In this document: piece by piece, positions 46,570 through 58,016 of the stretch | Layout of the letters: the number at the start of each line of letters is the position of its first letter | Numbering within the stretch: position 1 is the stretch's first letter | DNA from: Alphaproteobacteria bacterium | GTDB lineage: Bacteria > Pseudomonadota > Alphaproteobacteria > MPNO01 | Assembly (NCBI GenBank): GCA_963667285.1 | Contig: OY763326.1 | Span: 879,068-943,067, forward strand | Reading direction: 5' to 3' | DNA: 64,000 nt | Made by a program: the position numbers and the translations under genes | The notes under the pieces: generated by a model | Database searches by the model: none | What the model was told of the DNA's origin: nothing | Seen by the model: only the letters and a program-made list of their open reading frames with translations

Positions 46570-47520
46570 TCAGGCGGCCGCCGTCTCCGCCCGCATGATC
46601 CCCATGCCGGTCAGCCATTCGGGGACCGCGAAGTAGCAGTCGACGGTCGCCTCGTAGGGGCCGGCCGCCCGCATCGCCGCGAAGGCGGCCGTCCAGGCCC
46701 GGACCTCGTGGACGCCGACCCCTCCCACCGCGGACAGCGCGTCGTCGTCGGCCTCGTCGTAGGCCTCGAGGTCGCCGCTCCGCAGCGACTCCATGAAGCC
46801 GGCGTCCCACGCAGGGTCCGGCGGGAGGCAGGGGCGCAGGCCGGCGGCGAGGTCGCGCCCCGCCTGGACGACCCGTGCCTGGCGCTTCTCGTAGTCGGCC
46901 GCGCTGGCCTCCCCGCCCTCGATCAGCCGTTCGGACAGGCCTTGCGCGAACATCGCCGGCCCGGCATTGGGCGGATCGTGGGAGAGCCCGCCCGAGCCCA
47001 CGACCAGGACCCGCTTCCCCAGCCCCGCAAGGAAGCGCCCGACGGCCTCGCCGAACAGGCGCACGCGCTCGAAACCCGGATAGGGCGGCGCGTTGCCGTT
47101 GACCATGATGGGCAGGCATGGCCGCGCCGCCAGGCCGCCGCAGAACGCGTTGAGCGGCAGCGTCACGCCGTGGTCGACCAGCATCCGGTGCGACACGGCG
47201 ACATCGATGCCGGCTTTCCGAACCGCTGCGATGCAATCGCGCGCGATTTCCCCGGGAACGTCGAGCGGTCCCGGCTGGGTGCCCCAGTCGATGCCGCCAC
47301 GCGCTTCGGTCGCGATGCAGAAGGACGGCATGGCCCGGTAGAAGAAGGCGTTGAAGTGGTCTGGATAGAAGACCGCGACCAGCTCGGGATCGTAGTCCCG
47401 GACCCATGCCGCGAGCGCCGCCATCGAGCGCTCCCATCCCTCGCGCGCGGTCCGGTCGGCGGGGACCGCGTAGCCGAGTTGGAGCGGGCTGTGCGAAAAG
47501 CAGGCCACCGCCAGCGACAT
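46570..47520 (-). CDS. Class III extradiol ring-cleavage dioxygenase (LigB/MhpB-type catalytic subunit)
   Basis: N-terminus MSLAVACFSHSPL matches the LigB/MhpB start (LHCLSHSPL). 316 aa. Confidence 0.7.
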   Translation of the reverse strand: MSLAVACFSHSPLQLGYAVPADRTAREGWERSMAALAAWVRDYDPELVAVFYPDHFNAFFYRAMPSFCIATEARGGIDWGTQPGPLDVPGEIARDCIAAVRKAGIDVAVSHRMLVDHGVTLPLNAFCGGLAARPCLPIMVNGNAPPYPGFERVRLFGEAVGRFLAGLGKRVLVVGSGGLSHDPPNAGPAMFAQGLSERLIEGGEASAADYEKRQARVVQAGRDLAAGLRPCLPPDPAWDAGFMESLRSGDLEAYDEADDDALSAVGGVGVHEVRAWTAAFAAMRAAGPYEATVDCYFAVPEWLTGMGIMRAETAAA

Positions 47521-47784
47521 TGCCGGTCTCCCCTTCCTGAACGACGGCGCATCGCCGACGAGATCGAACAGTGTAGGCGCATGCTCGCCGCCGTCGAGGG
47601 CTACGAGGCCATCGCCTGGAAGAACGCCGGGGCGCACCCGGCTCCCCGCTCCGTTTGTGGACGCCCGGTACGAGTCCGGGCACGGCGCAAGAGTAACCCC
47701 TCATGCCCAGCGGGCGCGAAGGTAGCCTGTCCCGAGCTTGTCGAAGGGCCGTATCGCGGGGCGGCGACCCGGTTCCGGCGGCGG

Positions 47785-49221
47785 TCAGCGGGGGAGTTCG
47801 GAGGGGCGGCCGGTCAGCCAGGCATCGACCGCATGGGCGCATTGGCGGCCCTCGCGGATCGCCCAGACGACCAGGGACTGACCGCGGCGCATGTCGCCCG
47901 CGACGAAGACCTTGTCGCGCGAGGTCCGGTAGCTCTCGGTGTCGGCCTGCACATTGCCGCGCCCGTCGAGGGCAACGCCCAGCGCTTCGATCATGCCGTC
48001 CCGCACCGGTCCGGCGAAGCCCATGGCGAGCAGCACGAGATCCGCCTCGATCTCGCCTTCGGAACCGGGAACCGGGACGAAGCCCTCGCCGGGCCGGAAG
48101 CGCACCTGCCGGGTCGCGAGCGCGCGCACCCGGCCGGCCTCGTCGCCCAGGAAGGCCGTGGTCTCGATCTCGTAGAGCTGCTCGGAGCCTTCCTGCTGCG
48201 ACGGCGAAATGCGGAGCCGGCGGGGCCAGTAGGGCCAAACCAGGCTCAGATCCGGGTTCTCTTCCGGCTCGTCGAAGATTTCGAGCTGCACGATCCTCGC
48301 CGCGCCCTGGCGGGTTGCGGTGCCGATGCAGTCCGAGCCCGTGTCTCCGCCGCCGATCACGACGATATTGCGGCCGGCGGCGTCGATCCTGCCCGCCGGG
48401 GCGGGGTCGCGGGCATTGATGCGGTTCTGCTGCGGCAGGAACTCCATCGCGAAACGGATACCGCCCAGCTCCCGGCCGGGCGTTCCGGCCAGATCGCGCG
48501 GCGCCTCGGCCCCGCCCGCCAGCACCACGGCGTCGTGGGTCGCGACCAGCTCCTCGACATCGACGTTGACGCCGACATGCGCGCCGGTGCGGAAGACGAC
48601 GCCTTCCGCCGCCATCTGCGTCATGCGCCGGTCGATGAGGTGCTTCTCCATCTTGAAGTCGGGAATGCCGTAGCGGAGCAGGCCGCCGATGCGGTCCTCC
48701 TTCTCCATCAGCACGACATCGTGGCCGGCGCGGGCCAGCTGCTGCGCCGCGGCCATGCCGGCCGGCCCCGAGCCCACGACGGCGACGCGCTTTTCGCTGC
48801 GCTCCGCCGCTGGCTGCGGCTGGACCCAGCCCTCCTCGAAGCCCTTGTCGACGATCGCGCATTCGATGGTCTTGATGGTGACCGGATCGTCGTTGATGGT
48901 GAGGACGCAGGCTTCCTCGCAGGGGGCGGGGCAGATGCGGCCGGTAAACTCGGGGAAGTTGTTGGTCGAGTGCAGGTTGTCCAGCGCTTCCCGCCAGTCG
49001 TCGCGGTAGACTAGGTCGTTCCAGTCCGGGATCTGGTTGTTGACCGGACAGCCGTTGTGACAGAACGGGATGCCGCAATCCATGCAGCGCGCCGCCTGCT
49101 TGCGGTTGGCCTCGTCGCCGAGCGGCTCGACGAATTCCCGCCAGTGCCCGACGCGCTCCTCGACCGGGCGGTAGGGGCGTTCGCTGCGCCCGAATTCGAG
49201 GAAGCCGGTGACCTTACCCAT
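47785..49221 (-). CDS. gltD: Glutamate synthase (NADPH) small subunit
   Basis: 4Fe-4S region [20 protein letters not shown] Rossmann [14 protein letters not shown]. 478 aa. 8-bp overlap with gltB. Confidence 0.9.
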   Translation of the reverse strand: MGKVTGFLEFGRSERPYRPVEERVGHWREFVEPLGDEANRKQAARCMDCGIPFCHNGCPVNNQIPDWNDLVYRDDWREALDNLHSTNNFPEFTGRICPAPCEEACVLTINDDPVTIKTIECAIVDKGFEEGWVQPQPAAERSEKRVAVVGSGPAGMAAAQQLARAGHDVVLMEKEDRIGGLLRYGIPDFKMEKHLIDRRMTQMAAEGVVFRTGAHVGVNVDVEELVATHDAVVLAGGAEAPRDLAGTPGRELGGIRFAMEFLPQQNRINARDPAPAGRIDAAGRNIVVIGGGDTGSDCIGTATRQGAARIVQLEIFDEPEENPDLSLVWPYWPRRLRISPSQQEGSEQLYEIETTAFLGDEAGRVRALATRQVRFRPGEGFVPVPGSEGEIEADLVLLAMGFAGPVRDGMIEALGVALDGRGNVQADTESYRTSRDKVFVAGDMRRGQSLVVWAIREGRQCAHAVDAWLTGRPSELPR

Positions 49222-52200
49222 GCGCCTCGATCTTCCGGTCGGCGGCGGCCATTTCGGTCAGCGCGCGGCGGTATTCCACGGGCGTGACCTTGACGAACCG
49301 GTCCCGCGCGGCCTCCCAGTCCGCGAGCATGGCGGCGGCCACGGCGCTTCCGGTGTAGCGGCGGTGGCGCTCGACCATGCCGTAGAGCCGCGCCTCGTCA
49401 TGCCGCATCATGTCCTGCAGGTCGCGGGCTTCCCGTCCGCTGGCGGGGACCGCCTCCAGCATCACCCCCGCCAGGTTGCACCGCTCCTCGAACGTCCCGT
49501 CGGGGTCGTAGACATAGGCGATGCCGCCGCTCATGCCCGCGGCGAAGTTCCGCCCGGTGGAGCCCAGCACCGCGACGCAGCCCCCGGTCATGTATTCGCA
49601 GCCATGGTCCCCCACCCCCTCGACGACCGCCCAGGCGCCCGAATTGCGCACCGCGAAGCGCTCCCCCGCGACGCCGGAGAAATAGCATTCGCCCTCGATC
49701 GCCCCGTAGAGAACCGTATTGCCGACGACGATGTTCTCGCTCGGCACGTAGGGCGATGCGGCAGGCGGGCGGATGACCAGCCGGCCGCCGGAAAGCCCCT
49801 TCCCGACATAGTCGTTGGCGACGCCCTCGAGATGGATCGCCATGCCGCGCGTGGCCCACGCGCCGAAACTCTGCCCGCCGACCCCCTTCGCCTCGATGAC
49901 GATGCTGTCCTCGTCCAGACCCGCATGGCCGCGCCGCCTGGCGACCTCGCCCGCCAGCATGGCGCCGACCGTGCGGTTCACGTTGCGCACCTCCGTGCGG
50001 ATCCTGACCGGGCGGCCTTCCTCCAGCGCCGGCGCGGCGTCGGCGATCAGGCGGTTGTCGAGCGCGCGGTCGAGACCGTGGTCCTGCCCCTCGCTGTTGT
50101 GGATGTCGACGCCGGGACCGACCTCCGGTTTGAACAGCAGCCGGTTCAGGTCCACGCCATGCGCCTTCCAGTGGTCTTCCGCGCGGCGCATGTCGAGCCG
50201 GTCCGAGCGGCCGATCATCTCGTCGAAGCGCCGGAAGCCCAGCCGCGCCATGATCCGGCGCACTTCCTCGGCGACCAGGAAGAAGTAGTTGATCACATGC
50301 TCGGGCGTGCCGGCGAAGCGCCGCCGGAGCTCCTCGTCCTGGGTGGCGATGCCGACCGGGCAGGTGTTCAGATGGCACTTGCGCATCATGATGCAGCCGA
50401 TCGCGACCAGGGGCGCGGTGGAGAAGCCGAACTCGTCCGCCCCGAGCAGCGCGCCGATGGCGACGTCGCGCCCGGTGCGCAGCCCGCCGTCGACCTGCAC
50501 GGCGATGCGGGTGCGCAGATCGTTGAGCACCAGGGTCTGGTGGGTCTCGGAGAGGCCGATCTCCCAGGGCGAGCCGGCATGGGTGAGCGAGGTGACCGGC
50601 GAGGCCCCGGTGCCGCCCTCGAATCCCGAGATCGTGACATGGTCGGCCTTGGCCTTGGAGACGCCGGCGGCGACCGTGCCGACGCCGACCTCCGAGACCA
50701 GCTTGACGCTGATCCGCGCCGCCGGGTTCACGTTCTTCAGGTCGTGGATGAGCTGGGCCAGATCCTCGATGGAATAGATATCGTGATGCGGGGGCGGCGA
50801 GATCAGGCCGACGCCGGGGGTCGAGTGCCGCACCCGCGCGATGTTGCGGTCCACCTTGTGGCCGGGGAGCTGGCCGCCCTCGCCGGGCTTGGCGCCCTGC
50901 GCCATCTTGATCTGGATGTCGTCGGCGTTGACGAGGTATTCCGTGGTGACCCCGAAACGGCCGGAGGCGACCTGCTTGATCGCCGAGCGCATGTTGTCGC
51001 CGTTCGTCATCGGCGCGAAGCGATCGGCTTCCTCGCCGCCTTCTCCGGTGTTCGACTTGCCGCCGATGCGGTTCATGGCGATCGCCAGCGTGGTGTGCGC
51101 CTCGCGCGAGATCGAGCCGAAGGACATGGCGCCGGTCGCGAAGCGCCTCACGATCACGGATGCCGGCTCGACCTCCTCCAGCTTTACGCCGTTGCCGTCC
51201 TCGCGGAACTCGAACAGGCCGCGCAGCGTCATCAGCCTGCGGCTCTGGTCGTTCAGGATGGCGGCGAAGTCCTCGTAGCTCGCCGCGTCGTTGGCGCGCG
51301 CGGCATGCTGGAGCTTGGCGACCGTGTCCGGCTCCCACTGGTGGCGTTCGCCGCGCAGCCGGTAGGTGTATTCGCCGCCGACATCGAGCATGTCGCGGTA
51401 GATCGGCGCGTCGCCCCAGGCGGCGCGGTGGCGGGCCGCCGTTTCGGCCGCGATCTCGGCGAGCGAGGCGCCTTCCACCGTGGTGGCCGTGCCGGTGAAA
51501 TAGCGCTCGACGAGCTCGCTCGCCAGGCCGACCGCATCGAAGATCTGCGCGCCGCAATAGGACTGGTAGGTCGAGATGCCCATCTTGGACATGACCTTCA
51601 GCAAGCCCTTGCAGACGGCCCTTATGTAGTCCCGATGGACCTTCTCGCGGGTGAAGTCCGCCGGGAAGGCGCCGTCCTCGTGGAGCGCGTCGAGCGTCTC
51701 GAACGCGAGATAGGGGTTGACCGCCTCCGCCCCGTAGCCGGCAAGCACGCAGAAGTGATGCACCTCGCGGGCTTCGCCGGTCTCGAGCACGAGGCCCACC
51801 TCGGTGCGCGAGCCTTCGCGGATCAGGCGGTGGTGCACCGCCGAGCAGGCCAGCAATGCCGGCAGGGCGATCCGGTCCGGTCCGATCGCGCGATCGGACA
51901 GGATGAGGATGTTGAAGCCCCGTTCGACCGCCCGGCTGGCTTCGTCGCACAGCCGTTCGACGGCGGGCCCCAGGCCCGCCCCGCCCTCGGCGGCGTCCCA
52001 GGTGGCGTCCAGCGTCTCGGTCACGAACGCCCCGCCGACCAGATCGGCCACATGGCGGATCTTGTGGAGGTCGCTGTCGGTCAGGATCGGTTGCGACACT
52101 TCGAGACGGCGATGCGTGCCGCCGCTGTCCAGGTCGAGCAGGTTGGGGTGGGGTCCCACCATCGAGACCAGCGACATCACCAGCTCTTCCCGGATCGAAT

Positions 52201-53800
52201 CGATGGGCGGGTTGGTCACCTGGGCGAACAGCTGCTTGAAATAGGTGTAGAGCAGCTTCGGTCGTTCGGAGAGGACGGAGAGCGGCGTGTCGGTGCCCAT
52301 CGACCCGACCGGGTCGTCGCCGTGCTCGCCCATCGGCCGCAGGAAGACCTCGAGATCCTCCTTGGTGTATCCGAAGGCCTGCTGGCGGTCGAGCAGATCG
52401 CCCGCCCGGGACCGGTTGCTCGCCGCGAGCGGCGGCGCCTCCAGCTCGTCGAGCTGGAAGGCGGTGTCGGCGAGCCACTGGCCGTAGGGGTGCGAGCGCG
52501 CGAGCTCGGTCTTGAGCTCGCCGTCGTCGACGATGCGGCCCTGTTCCAGGTCGATCAGGAACATCTTGCCGGGCTGCAACCGCCATTGCTGGGCGATGCG
52601 CTCCGGCGGGATGTCGAGCACGCCCACCTCCGACGCCATCACCACGAGACCGTCCGTGGTCACCAGATAGCGCGCCGGGCGCAGGCCGTTGCGGTCCAGC
52701 GTGGCGCCGATCTGCCGTCCGTCGGTGAAGGCCACCGCCGCCGGCCCGTCCCACGGCTCCATCAGCGCCGCGTGGTACTCGTAGAAGGCGCGTCGTTCCG
52801 CGTCCATCAGCGGGTTGCCGGCCCAGGCCTCGGGAATCAGCAGCATCATCGCATGGGCGAGCGAATAGCCGCCCCGGACCAGCAGCTCCAGCGCATTGTC
52901 GAAGCAGGCGGTGTCCGACTGTCCGGGCGGGATCAGCGGCCACAGCTTCTCCAGATCCTCGCCGAACAGCTTCGAGCTGGTCGCGTGCCGGCGCGCCGCC
53001 ATCCAGTTGAAGTTGCCGCGCACGGTGTTGATCTCGCCGTTGTGGCAGATCATCCGGTAGGGATGCGCCAGCCGCCATGAAGGGAAGGTGTTGGTCGAAA
53101 ACCGCTGGTGCACGAGCGCCAGCGCGGACGCCATCCGTTCGTCCTGAAGGTCGAGGTAGTAGTCGCCCAGCTGCGGCGCGAGCAGCATGCCCTTGTAGAC
53201 GATGGTGCGGCAGGAGAGAGAGGCGATGTAGAAGTCGTCGAGGCCGGGCGTGTCCTCTTCCGCGGCCCCGTTCTCGATCCGCTTGCGGATGACGAACAGC
53301 TTGCGCTCGAAGGCATCGCCCGGAGCGGTGTCGCTGCCCCGTCCGACGAAGATCTGGCGCACCACCGGCTCTGTGGTCGCCACCGTCGGCCCCAGGATTG
53401 CGCTCGCGACGGGGACCGTGCGCCAGCCGGCGACGCGCTGGCCTTCCTCGCCCACGATGCGCTCGACCAGCGCCTCGCAGGCGAGGCGCGCCGCTTCGGA
53501 GCGCGGCAGGAAGACGGCGCCGACCGCATAGTCGGCCTCGTCCGGCAGGTCGATGCCGGCCTCCGGCGCGACGGCGCGGAAGAGCGCGTCGGGCTTTTGC
53601 AGCAGGATGCCGGAGCCGTCCCCGGCCAGCGGATCGGCGCCGACCGCGCCCCGGTGGTCCAGGTTCAGCAGGATTTCGAGGCCCTGCCGGACAATGCGAT
53701 GGGACTTGCGGTTCCCAATATCGACCACGAAGCCGACGCCGCAGCTGTCGTGCTCGTTACGCGGATCGTAGAGTCCCTGCTTGGGCGGCAACGCAGACAA
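49214..53800 (-). CDS. gltB: Glutamate synthase large subunit
   Basis: 1528 aa. N-terminal amidotransferase Cys in [13 protein letters not shown] and 3Fe-4S domains. GXXDGG C-terminal domain. Confidence 0.95.
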   Translation of the reverse strand: MSALPPKQGLYDPRNEHDSCGVGFVVDIGNRKSHRIVRQGLEILLNLDHRGAVGADPLAGDGSGILLQKPDALFRAVAPEAGIDLPDEADYAVGAVFLPRSEAARLACEALVERIVGEEGQRVAGWRTVPVASAILGPTVATTEPVVRQIFVGRGSDTAPGDAFERKLFVIRKRIENGAAEEDTPGLDDFYIASLSCRTIVYKGMLLAPQLGDYYLDLQDERMASALALVHQRFSTNTFPSWRLAHPYRMICHNGEINTVRGNFNWMAARRHATSSKLFGEDLEKLWPLIPPGQSDTACFDNALELLVRGGYSLAHAMMLLIPEAWAGNPLMDAERRAFYEYHAALMEPWDGPAAVAFTDGRQIGATLDRNGLRPARYLVTTDGLVVMASEVGVLDIPPERIAQQWRLQPGKMFLIDLEQGRIVDDGELKTELARSHPYGQWLADTAFQLDELEAPPLAASNRSRAGDLLDRQQAFGYTKEDLEVFLRPMGEHGDDPVGSMGTDTPLSVLSERPKLLYTYFKQLFAQVTNPPIDSIREELVMSLVSMVGPHPNLLDLDSGGTHRRLEVSQPILTDSDLHKIRHVADLVGGAFVTETLDATWDAAEGGAGLGPAVERLCDEASRAVERGFNILILSDRAIGPDRIALPALLACSAVHHRLIREGSRTEVGLVLETGEAREVHHFCVLAGYGAEAVNPYLAFETLDALHEDGAFPADFTREKVHRDYIRAVCKGLLKVMSKMGISTYQSYCGAQIFDAVGLASELVERYFTGTATTVEGASLAEIAAETAARHRAAWGDAPIYRDMLDVGGEYTYRLRGERHQWEPDTVAKLQHAARANDAASYEDFAAILNDQSRRLMTLRGLFEFREDGNGVKLEEVEPASVIVRRFATGAMSFGSISREAHTTLAIAMNRIGGKSNTGEGGEEADRFAPMTNGDNMRSAIKQVASGRFGVTTEYLVNADDIQIKMAQGAKPGEGGQLPGHKVDRNIARVRHSTPGVGLISPPPHHDIYSIEDLAQLIHDLKNVNPAARISVKLVSEVGVGTVAAGVSKAKADHVTISGFEGGTGASPVTSLTHAGSPWEIGLSETHQTLVLNDLRTRIAVQVDGGLRTGRDVAIGALLGADEFGFSTAPLVAIGCIMMRKCHLNTCPVGIATQDEELRRRFAGTPEHVINYFFLVAEEVRRIMARLGFRRFDEMIGRSDRLDMRRAEDHWKAHGVDLNRLLFKPEVGPGVDIHNSEGQDHGLDRALDNRLIADAAPALEEGRPVRIRTEVRNVNRTVGAMLAGEVARRRGHAGLDEDSIVIEAKGVGGQSFGAWATRGMAIHLEGVANDYVGKGLSGGRLVIRPPAASPYVPSENIVVGNTVLYGAIEGECYFSGVAGERFAVRNSGAWAVVEGVGDHGCEYMTGGCVAVLGSTGRNFAAGMSGGIAYVYDPDGTFEERCNLAGVMLEAVPASGREARDLQDMMRHDEARLYGMVERHRRYTGSAVAAAMLADWEAARDRFVKVTPVEYRRALTEMAAADRKIEAHG

Positions 53801-53986
53801 GGGGTATCGTCTCCACAGGTTTCGTCCAGAAAGAACCGCCGCCTCCGGGACCGGTTCGGGCGACGCTCAAAAGACCAACCATATAGAGCATCGCGGGGTC
53901 TGGTAGAAGACAAGCGGGACGATTGCCTCGGCCGCTCAGGCAAACTCAAGGTGGCCGAACCGATGGCCGACCCACCCCCGGCGCGA

Positions 53987-55060
53987 TCAGCTTTCGACCG
54001 GATGGTTCCAGCCGTGGCGGTCCTCGATGCGGCCGTACTGGATGCCGGTAAGCTCGTCGTGGAGGGATTTGGTGAGCGGCGCTTCGCCCGCCCGCCGGGG
54101 AATCAGGTCGCGCCGCCTGAAGTTCAGCCGGCCGACCGGGAGCACGACCGCGGCGGTTCCGGTGACGAACACCTCTTCGAGCGCGCCGCCGTCGCACGCA
54201 CCGACGATTTCGTCGATCGCAACTTCCCGCTCCTCGACGGCGATGCCGCGGTCGGCCAGCAGGGCGATGATGCTCTCCCGGGTCACGCCGGGAAGGATCG
54301 CGCCGTTCAGCGCCGGCGTGACGACGCGGTCGCCGAGCTTGAAGAACACGTTCATCAACCCGGCCTCCTCGACATAGCGGTGCTCGCTGCCGTCGAGCCA
54401 GAGAACCTGGTCGAACCCGTCAGCGCGCGCCAGCCGGCCGGCGGAAAACGTCGTCGCGTAGTTGGCCGAGGTCTTGGCCTCGCCCACCCCGCCATGCGGG
54501 GCGGTCCGCGCGAAACGATCCTCGACCTTGAGCGACAGGCCGCTATCGCCGCTCCTGAAATACGCCCCGACCGGACAGGTCATGACGATGAACCGGTAGG
54601 CGTTCGACGGCCGGACCTCGAGATGCGATTCCGCGCTGAAAACGATCGGCCGGATATACAGCCCGTGGCCCGGCCGGTCGGAAATCCAGCCGCGGTCGAT
54701 AGCGACCAGCCGGGTCACCGCCGCGACGAAGTCGTCCTCGTCGATCTCGGGAATGCACATGCGCCGGCACGAAAGCCGCAGCCGCCTGGCGTTGCGGTCG
54801 GGACGGAAGACGCGGACCCTTCCGTCGACGCCGACAAACGCCTTCAGCCCCTCGAACGCCATCTGGGCGTAGTGCAGCGTCATCGCGCCCGGTTCGATGG
54901 GGATCGGGCCGTAGGGGACGATCTCCGGATCGCGCCACGCGCCGTCCCGCCACGCCATGGCGAACATGTGGTCGGAAAAGACCTCGCCGAATACCAGCCG
55001 GTCGAGATCGAGATCCCCCAGCCGGCTCCGTTCGGTCAGGCGGACAACCAACCCGTCCAT
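53987..55060 (-). CDS. ilvE: Class IV aminotransferase (branched-chain amino-acid aminotransferase-like)
   Basis: FSDHMF...LHYAQMAFEGLKAF BCAT signature. 357 aa. The gene symbol is tentative. Confidence 0.8.
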   Translation of the reverse strand: MDGLVVRLTERSRLGDLDLDRLVFGEVFSDHMFAMAWRDGAWRDPEIVPYGPIPIEPGAMTLHYAQMAFEGLKAFVGVDGRVRVFRPDRNARRLRLSCRRMCIPEIDEDDFVAAVTRLVAIDRGWISDRPGHGLYIRPIVFSAESHLEVRPSNAYRFIVMTCPVGAYFRSGDSGLSLKVEDRFARTAPHGGVGEAKTSANYATTFSAGRLARADGFDQVLWLDGSEHRYVEEAGLMNVFFKLGDRVVTPALNGAILPGVTRESIIALLADRGIAVEEREVAIDEIVGACDGGALEEVFVTGTAAVVLPVGRLNFRRRDLIPRRAGEAPLTKSLHDELTGIQYGRIEDRHGWNHPVES

Positions 55061-55099
55061 CTCTGTTCCCCGTGCTGCCGCGGGCCCGAAATCCGGGCG

Positions 55100-56089
55100 T
55101 CAGGACAGCAAGTCTATCGTTTTCCCCACCCCGGCCGCCCGGGCCCGCCGGTAAATCGACCACGCGAGCGGCATGTCGACACTCCCGAGGCCGGTCGGTA
55201 TCGCCATGATGCGGTCCCGATCGCCATGGCGGCCGGGGCGGTTCCCGAGGACGATATCGCCGAAGGAGGTGAAATCGTCCGGCAGCTCCAGATCGGGGCG
55301 CCGCTGCGCCGCGGCGGCCCGCAGCCCCGCGTCGTTGTCGGCGACCAGCAGGTCGAGGACTTCGAACGCCTCGTCTTCCCAGGCGGTCAGCACATCGAGC
55401 GGTATGGCCAGCATGCCGGGCGTCCACCAGCCGGCCTTGAGCGGCCGTTCCGATCCTTGCGGTATCGACGAGACGACGATGTCCATGCCGCGAACCGCAT
55501 CCTCGGCGGTGTCCACCGGGGTCAGGGTCCAGCTCCCCTCCTCCGCCATGACGGCGCAGAATTTCTCGCGGCTCGCCGGCGTGCGCGATGCGACGAAGAC
55601 GTCCTTGAGGGTGGGGAACAGGGCCGACAGCACCCTGAGAGACCACATTCCGAGGCCGCCGCACCCGACCAGGCCGAGACGCACCGGGTCGCGGCGCGCG
55701 CAGTGCCTGGCGGCGACCGCGCCGCAGGCCGCCGTCCGCACGAAGGTGATCCACATGCCTTCCATGATCGCCACGGGCAGCCCGTGTTCGGGATCGTTGA
55801 GGACGATCAGCCCGGAGGAGTCGGGAAACCCGCGCTCGGTGTTGCCGGGGTAGTAGGAGATCCACTTCATCCCGAGCGCCTTTTCCCCGGCGACCCAGGC
55901 CGGCATGGCGTGCAGGAAGCTGTGCGGACGATCGGGATGCACGCCCGCCTTCACCGGCACCTCGACCTCGCCCCTCCCGTCCATGCGGTAGGTGTGTTCG
56001 ACCATCTCGACGATGTCCGCGAGCGGCGGCGCCACCGCCGCGATATCGGCGCTGTCGAGCAGGAGCTGTTCGGGGAACCGCGCTGTCAT
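55100..56089 (-). CDS. Ornithine cyclodeaminase / mu-crystallin family protein
   Basis: 329 aa. Rossmann LGLVGCGGLGMW. OCD-family N-terminal pattern. Confidence 0.85.
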   Translation of the reverse strand: MTARFPEQLLLDSADIAAVAPPLADIVEMVEHTYRMDGRGEVEVPVKAGVHPDRPHSFLHAMPAWVAGEKALGMKWISYYPGNTERGFPDSSGLIVLNDPEHGLPVAIMEGMWITFVRTAACGAVAARHCARRDPVRLGLVGCGGLGMWSLRVLSALFPTLKDVFVASRTPASREKFCAVMAEEGSWTLTPVDTAEDAVRGMDIVVSSIPQGSERPLKAGWWTPGMLAIPLDVLTAWEDEAFEVLDLLVADNDAGLRAAAAQRRPDLELPDDFTSFGDIVLGNRPGRHGDRDRIMAIPTGLGSVDMPLAWSIYRRARAAGVGKTIDLLS

Positions 56090-56104
56090 CCTCTCAGGCT
56101 CCCG

Positions 56105-57421
56105 TCACCGGGTCATCAGGCCCGGCAGGGACAGGGAAATCTCCGGGAAGGCCATGATCAGGGCCATGGCGATGACGTCGCAGATCAGGAAGGGAACCGC
56201 CGCCCGGATGATGTGGCCCATGGTCGTGTCGGGCGGCGACACGCCCTTCATGACGTAGAGCAGGATGCCGTAAGGCGGGGTGGTCTGCGCCATCTCGATG
56301 TTGATCAGGAACAGGACGAGGAACCAGATCGGGTCGTAGCCCAGCTGCTTCACCACGGGCAGGAAGACCGGCAGGGTGATCAACATCAGGGGCACGCCCG
56401 AGATGAAGCCGCCGAGGATCAGGATCACGAACTGCATCATGACGATGAGCACCAGCGGCGCCACCGGGAGCCCGACGGCCCATTGCACGAGATACCGGTT
56501 CGCGCCGGTGAACGCGAGCACCTGGGAATAGGCCTGGGCGGCGGCGAGGATGATCAGCACCATCACCGAAATTCGCAGCGTGCTCTCGATCGCCTCGCGC
56601 GTGACCTTCCGGTTGAGCCCGCCATAGCAGGCGGCGAGGACGAATGAGCCGGCGGTGCCGAGCGCCGCCGCTTCGGTCGGCGTGGCGACGCCGAGAAAGA
56701 TCAGCCCGACGACGAGGAACACGATGAGCCCGAGCGGCAGGACGTATTTGACGGTGAGCGAAATCTTCAGCCCGAGCGGCACCCTCTCGATCGCGTAGCG
56801 GGGCGCGAGGTCGGGCTGCAGATAGCAGCGGACGATGATGTAGGAGGCATAGAGCACCGCCATCAGAATGCCCGGCAGGACGATCGCGATCAGCAGCTTG
56901 CCGACCGACACCTCGGCCAGCACCGCCAGGATCACGCCGAGCCCGCTCGGCGGGATCATGATCGCGAGCCCGCCGCTGCCGAGCAGCGGGCCGATGCTCA
57001 TGGGTTTCTTGTAGCCCCGCGATTCGAGCTCGGGCGCGAGCGTCGCGCCGAGCATCGCGGTGGTCCCGATGCTGGCGCCGCTGAGCGAGGCGAGCACCGT
57101 CCCCGACGCCACGGCGAGCAGCGACAGGCGCCCGGGCAGGTTTCCGAGCCATTTGTCGAGCGCGTCGATCATGCGCGCCGCCACACCCGCCCGGAACATC
57201 ACCTCGCCCATCAGCACAAACAGCGTTATCGGCAGCAGGACGAAGACCGTCAGGCTGCCATAGGCGCTGTTGACCATCTGTTCGAGACCGGCCTCGCCGC
57301 CCATCAGCAGGAACATGCCCACGATGTTGACCGCGAAGAACGCGAAGACCACCGGAACCCCGACGAACAGCAGGGTGAAGAGCGCCCCCAGGATCAGCGC
57401 GATGGACCAGTACCATTCCAC
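56105..57421 (-). CDS. dctM: TRAP transporter large permease (DctM family)
   Basis: 438 aa. DctM motifs (TPTEAAALGTAG, TPPYGILLYV). Confidence 0.9.
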   Translation of the reverse strand: MEWYWSIALILGALFTLLFVGVPVVFAFFAVNIVGMFLLMGGEAGLEQMVNSAYGSLTVFVLLPITLFVLMGEVMFRAGVAARMIDALDKWLGNLPGRLSLLAVASGTVLASLSGASIGTTAMLGATLAPELESRGYKKPMSIGPLLGSGGLAIMIPPSGLGVILAVLAEVSVGKLLIAIVLPGILMAVLYASYIIVRCYLQPDLAPRYAIERVPLGLKISLTVKYVLPLGLIVFLVVGLIFLGVATPTEAAALGTAGSFVLAACYGGLNRKVTREAIESTLRISVMVLIILAAAQAYSQVLAFTGANRYLVQWAVGLPVAPLVLIVMMQFVILILGGFISGVPLMLITLPVFLPVVKQLGYDPIWFLVLFLINIEMAQTTPPYGILLYVMKGVSPPDTTMGHIIRAAVPFLICDVIAMALIMAFPEISLSLPGLMTR

Positions 57422-57445
57422 GCCGGTTTCCTCCCGCTGCGCGCG

Positions 57446-57958
57446 CTAGAGGTCGACTTGCATGTCGCCGGACCGCTGCTCGGCGGGGGACCGTATCAGC
57501 CTCCAGGAATCCCTCACCAATTGCACCAGGAAGACGGCGCTTCCCAGGGGGATAACCGCAAGCACGATGAAGATGGGAACTTCCTCGACCTTGAAATAGT
57601 CGTATTCGTTGGTCAGGAATTTCTCCCACGTGACCTTGCTGCCCTGCCAGACCAGCACCAGGCAGACGCAGATCCCGAGCAGCAGTCCGAAGAGCTCGGA
57701 GGCGAGGCGGGTCCGCTTCCCGAACCGCGTCACCAGGATGTCGAGGCGGACATGGCCGCCCCGCTGCTGCAGCCAGGCGGCGCCGAGGAACGCGATGAAG
57801 AGCAGGCTCCACTCGTTGAGCGCGATCACCCAGCGGATGGACTCGCCGAAGAAATAGCGCGAGCCGACATCGGCGGACACGCTGACGACCTGGAAGATCA
57901 GCAGCGCGCCGGCGATCCAGGCGAAGGCGTTGACGATCCTGTCGAATACCGCCCCCAA
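57446..57958 (-). CDS. dctQ: TRAP transporter small permease (DctQ family)
   Basis: 170 aa, four TM segments. Confidence 0.8.
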   Translation of the reverse strand: MGAVFDRIVNAFAWIAGALLIFQVVSVSADVGSRYFFGESIRWVIALNEWSLLFIAFLGAAWLQQRGGHVRLDILVTRFGKRTRLASELFGLLLGICVCLVLVWQGSKVTWEKFLTNEYDYFKVEEVPIFIVLAVIPLGSAVFLVQLVRDSWRLIRSPAEQRSGDMQVDL

Positions 57959-58016
57959 ACGGTGCCTCCGCCCGAGCGTTGCCTGGATTGCCGGAAAGCC
58001 CCGCGATGACGGGGCG

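Noticed and set aside
47521-47784. 264-bp gap between the LigB-type gene start and gltD end as a possible small RNA or riboswitch
   Set aside because: No conserved riboswitch-like motif is recognisable by eye. It is more simply the promoter region of the LigB unit and the 3' UTR of gltD.
49208-56647. 1290-aa (+) ORF antisense to gltB, 1226-aa alternate frame of gltB, and 1179-aa (+) ORF antisense to ilvE/OCD/dctM
   Set aside because: The gltB frame carries the amidotransferase Cys, FMN and GXXDGG domains. The others are artefacts of high GC content.
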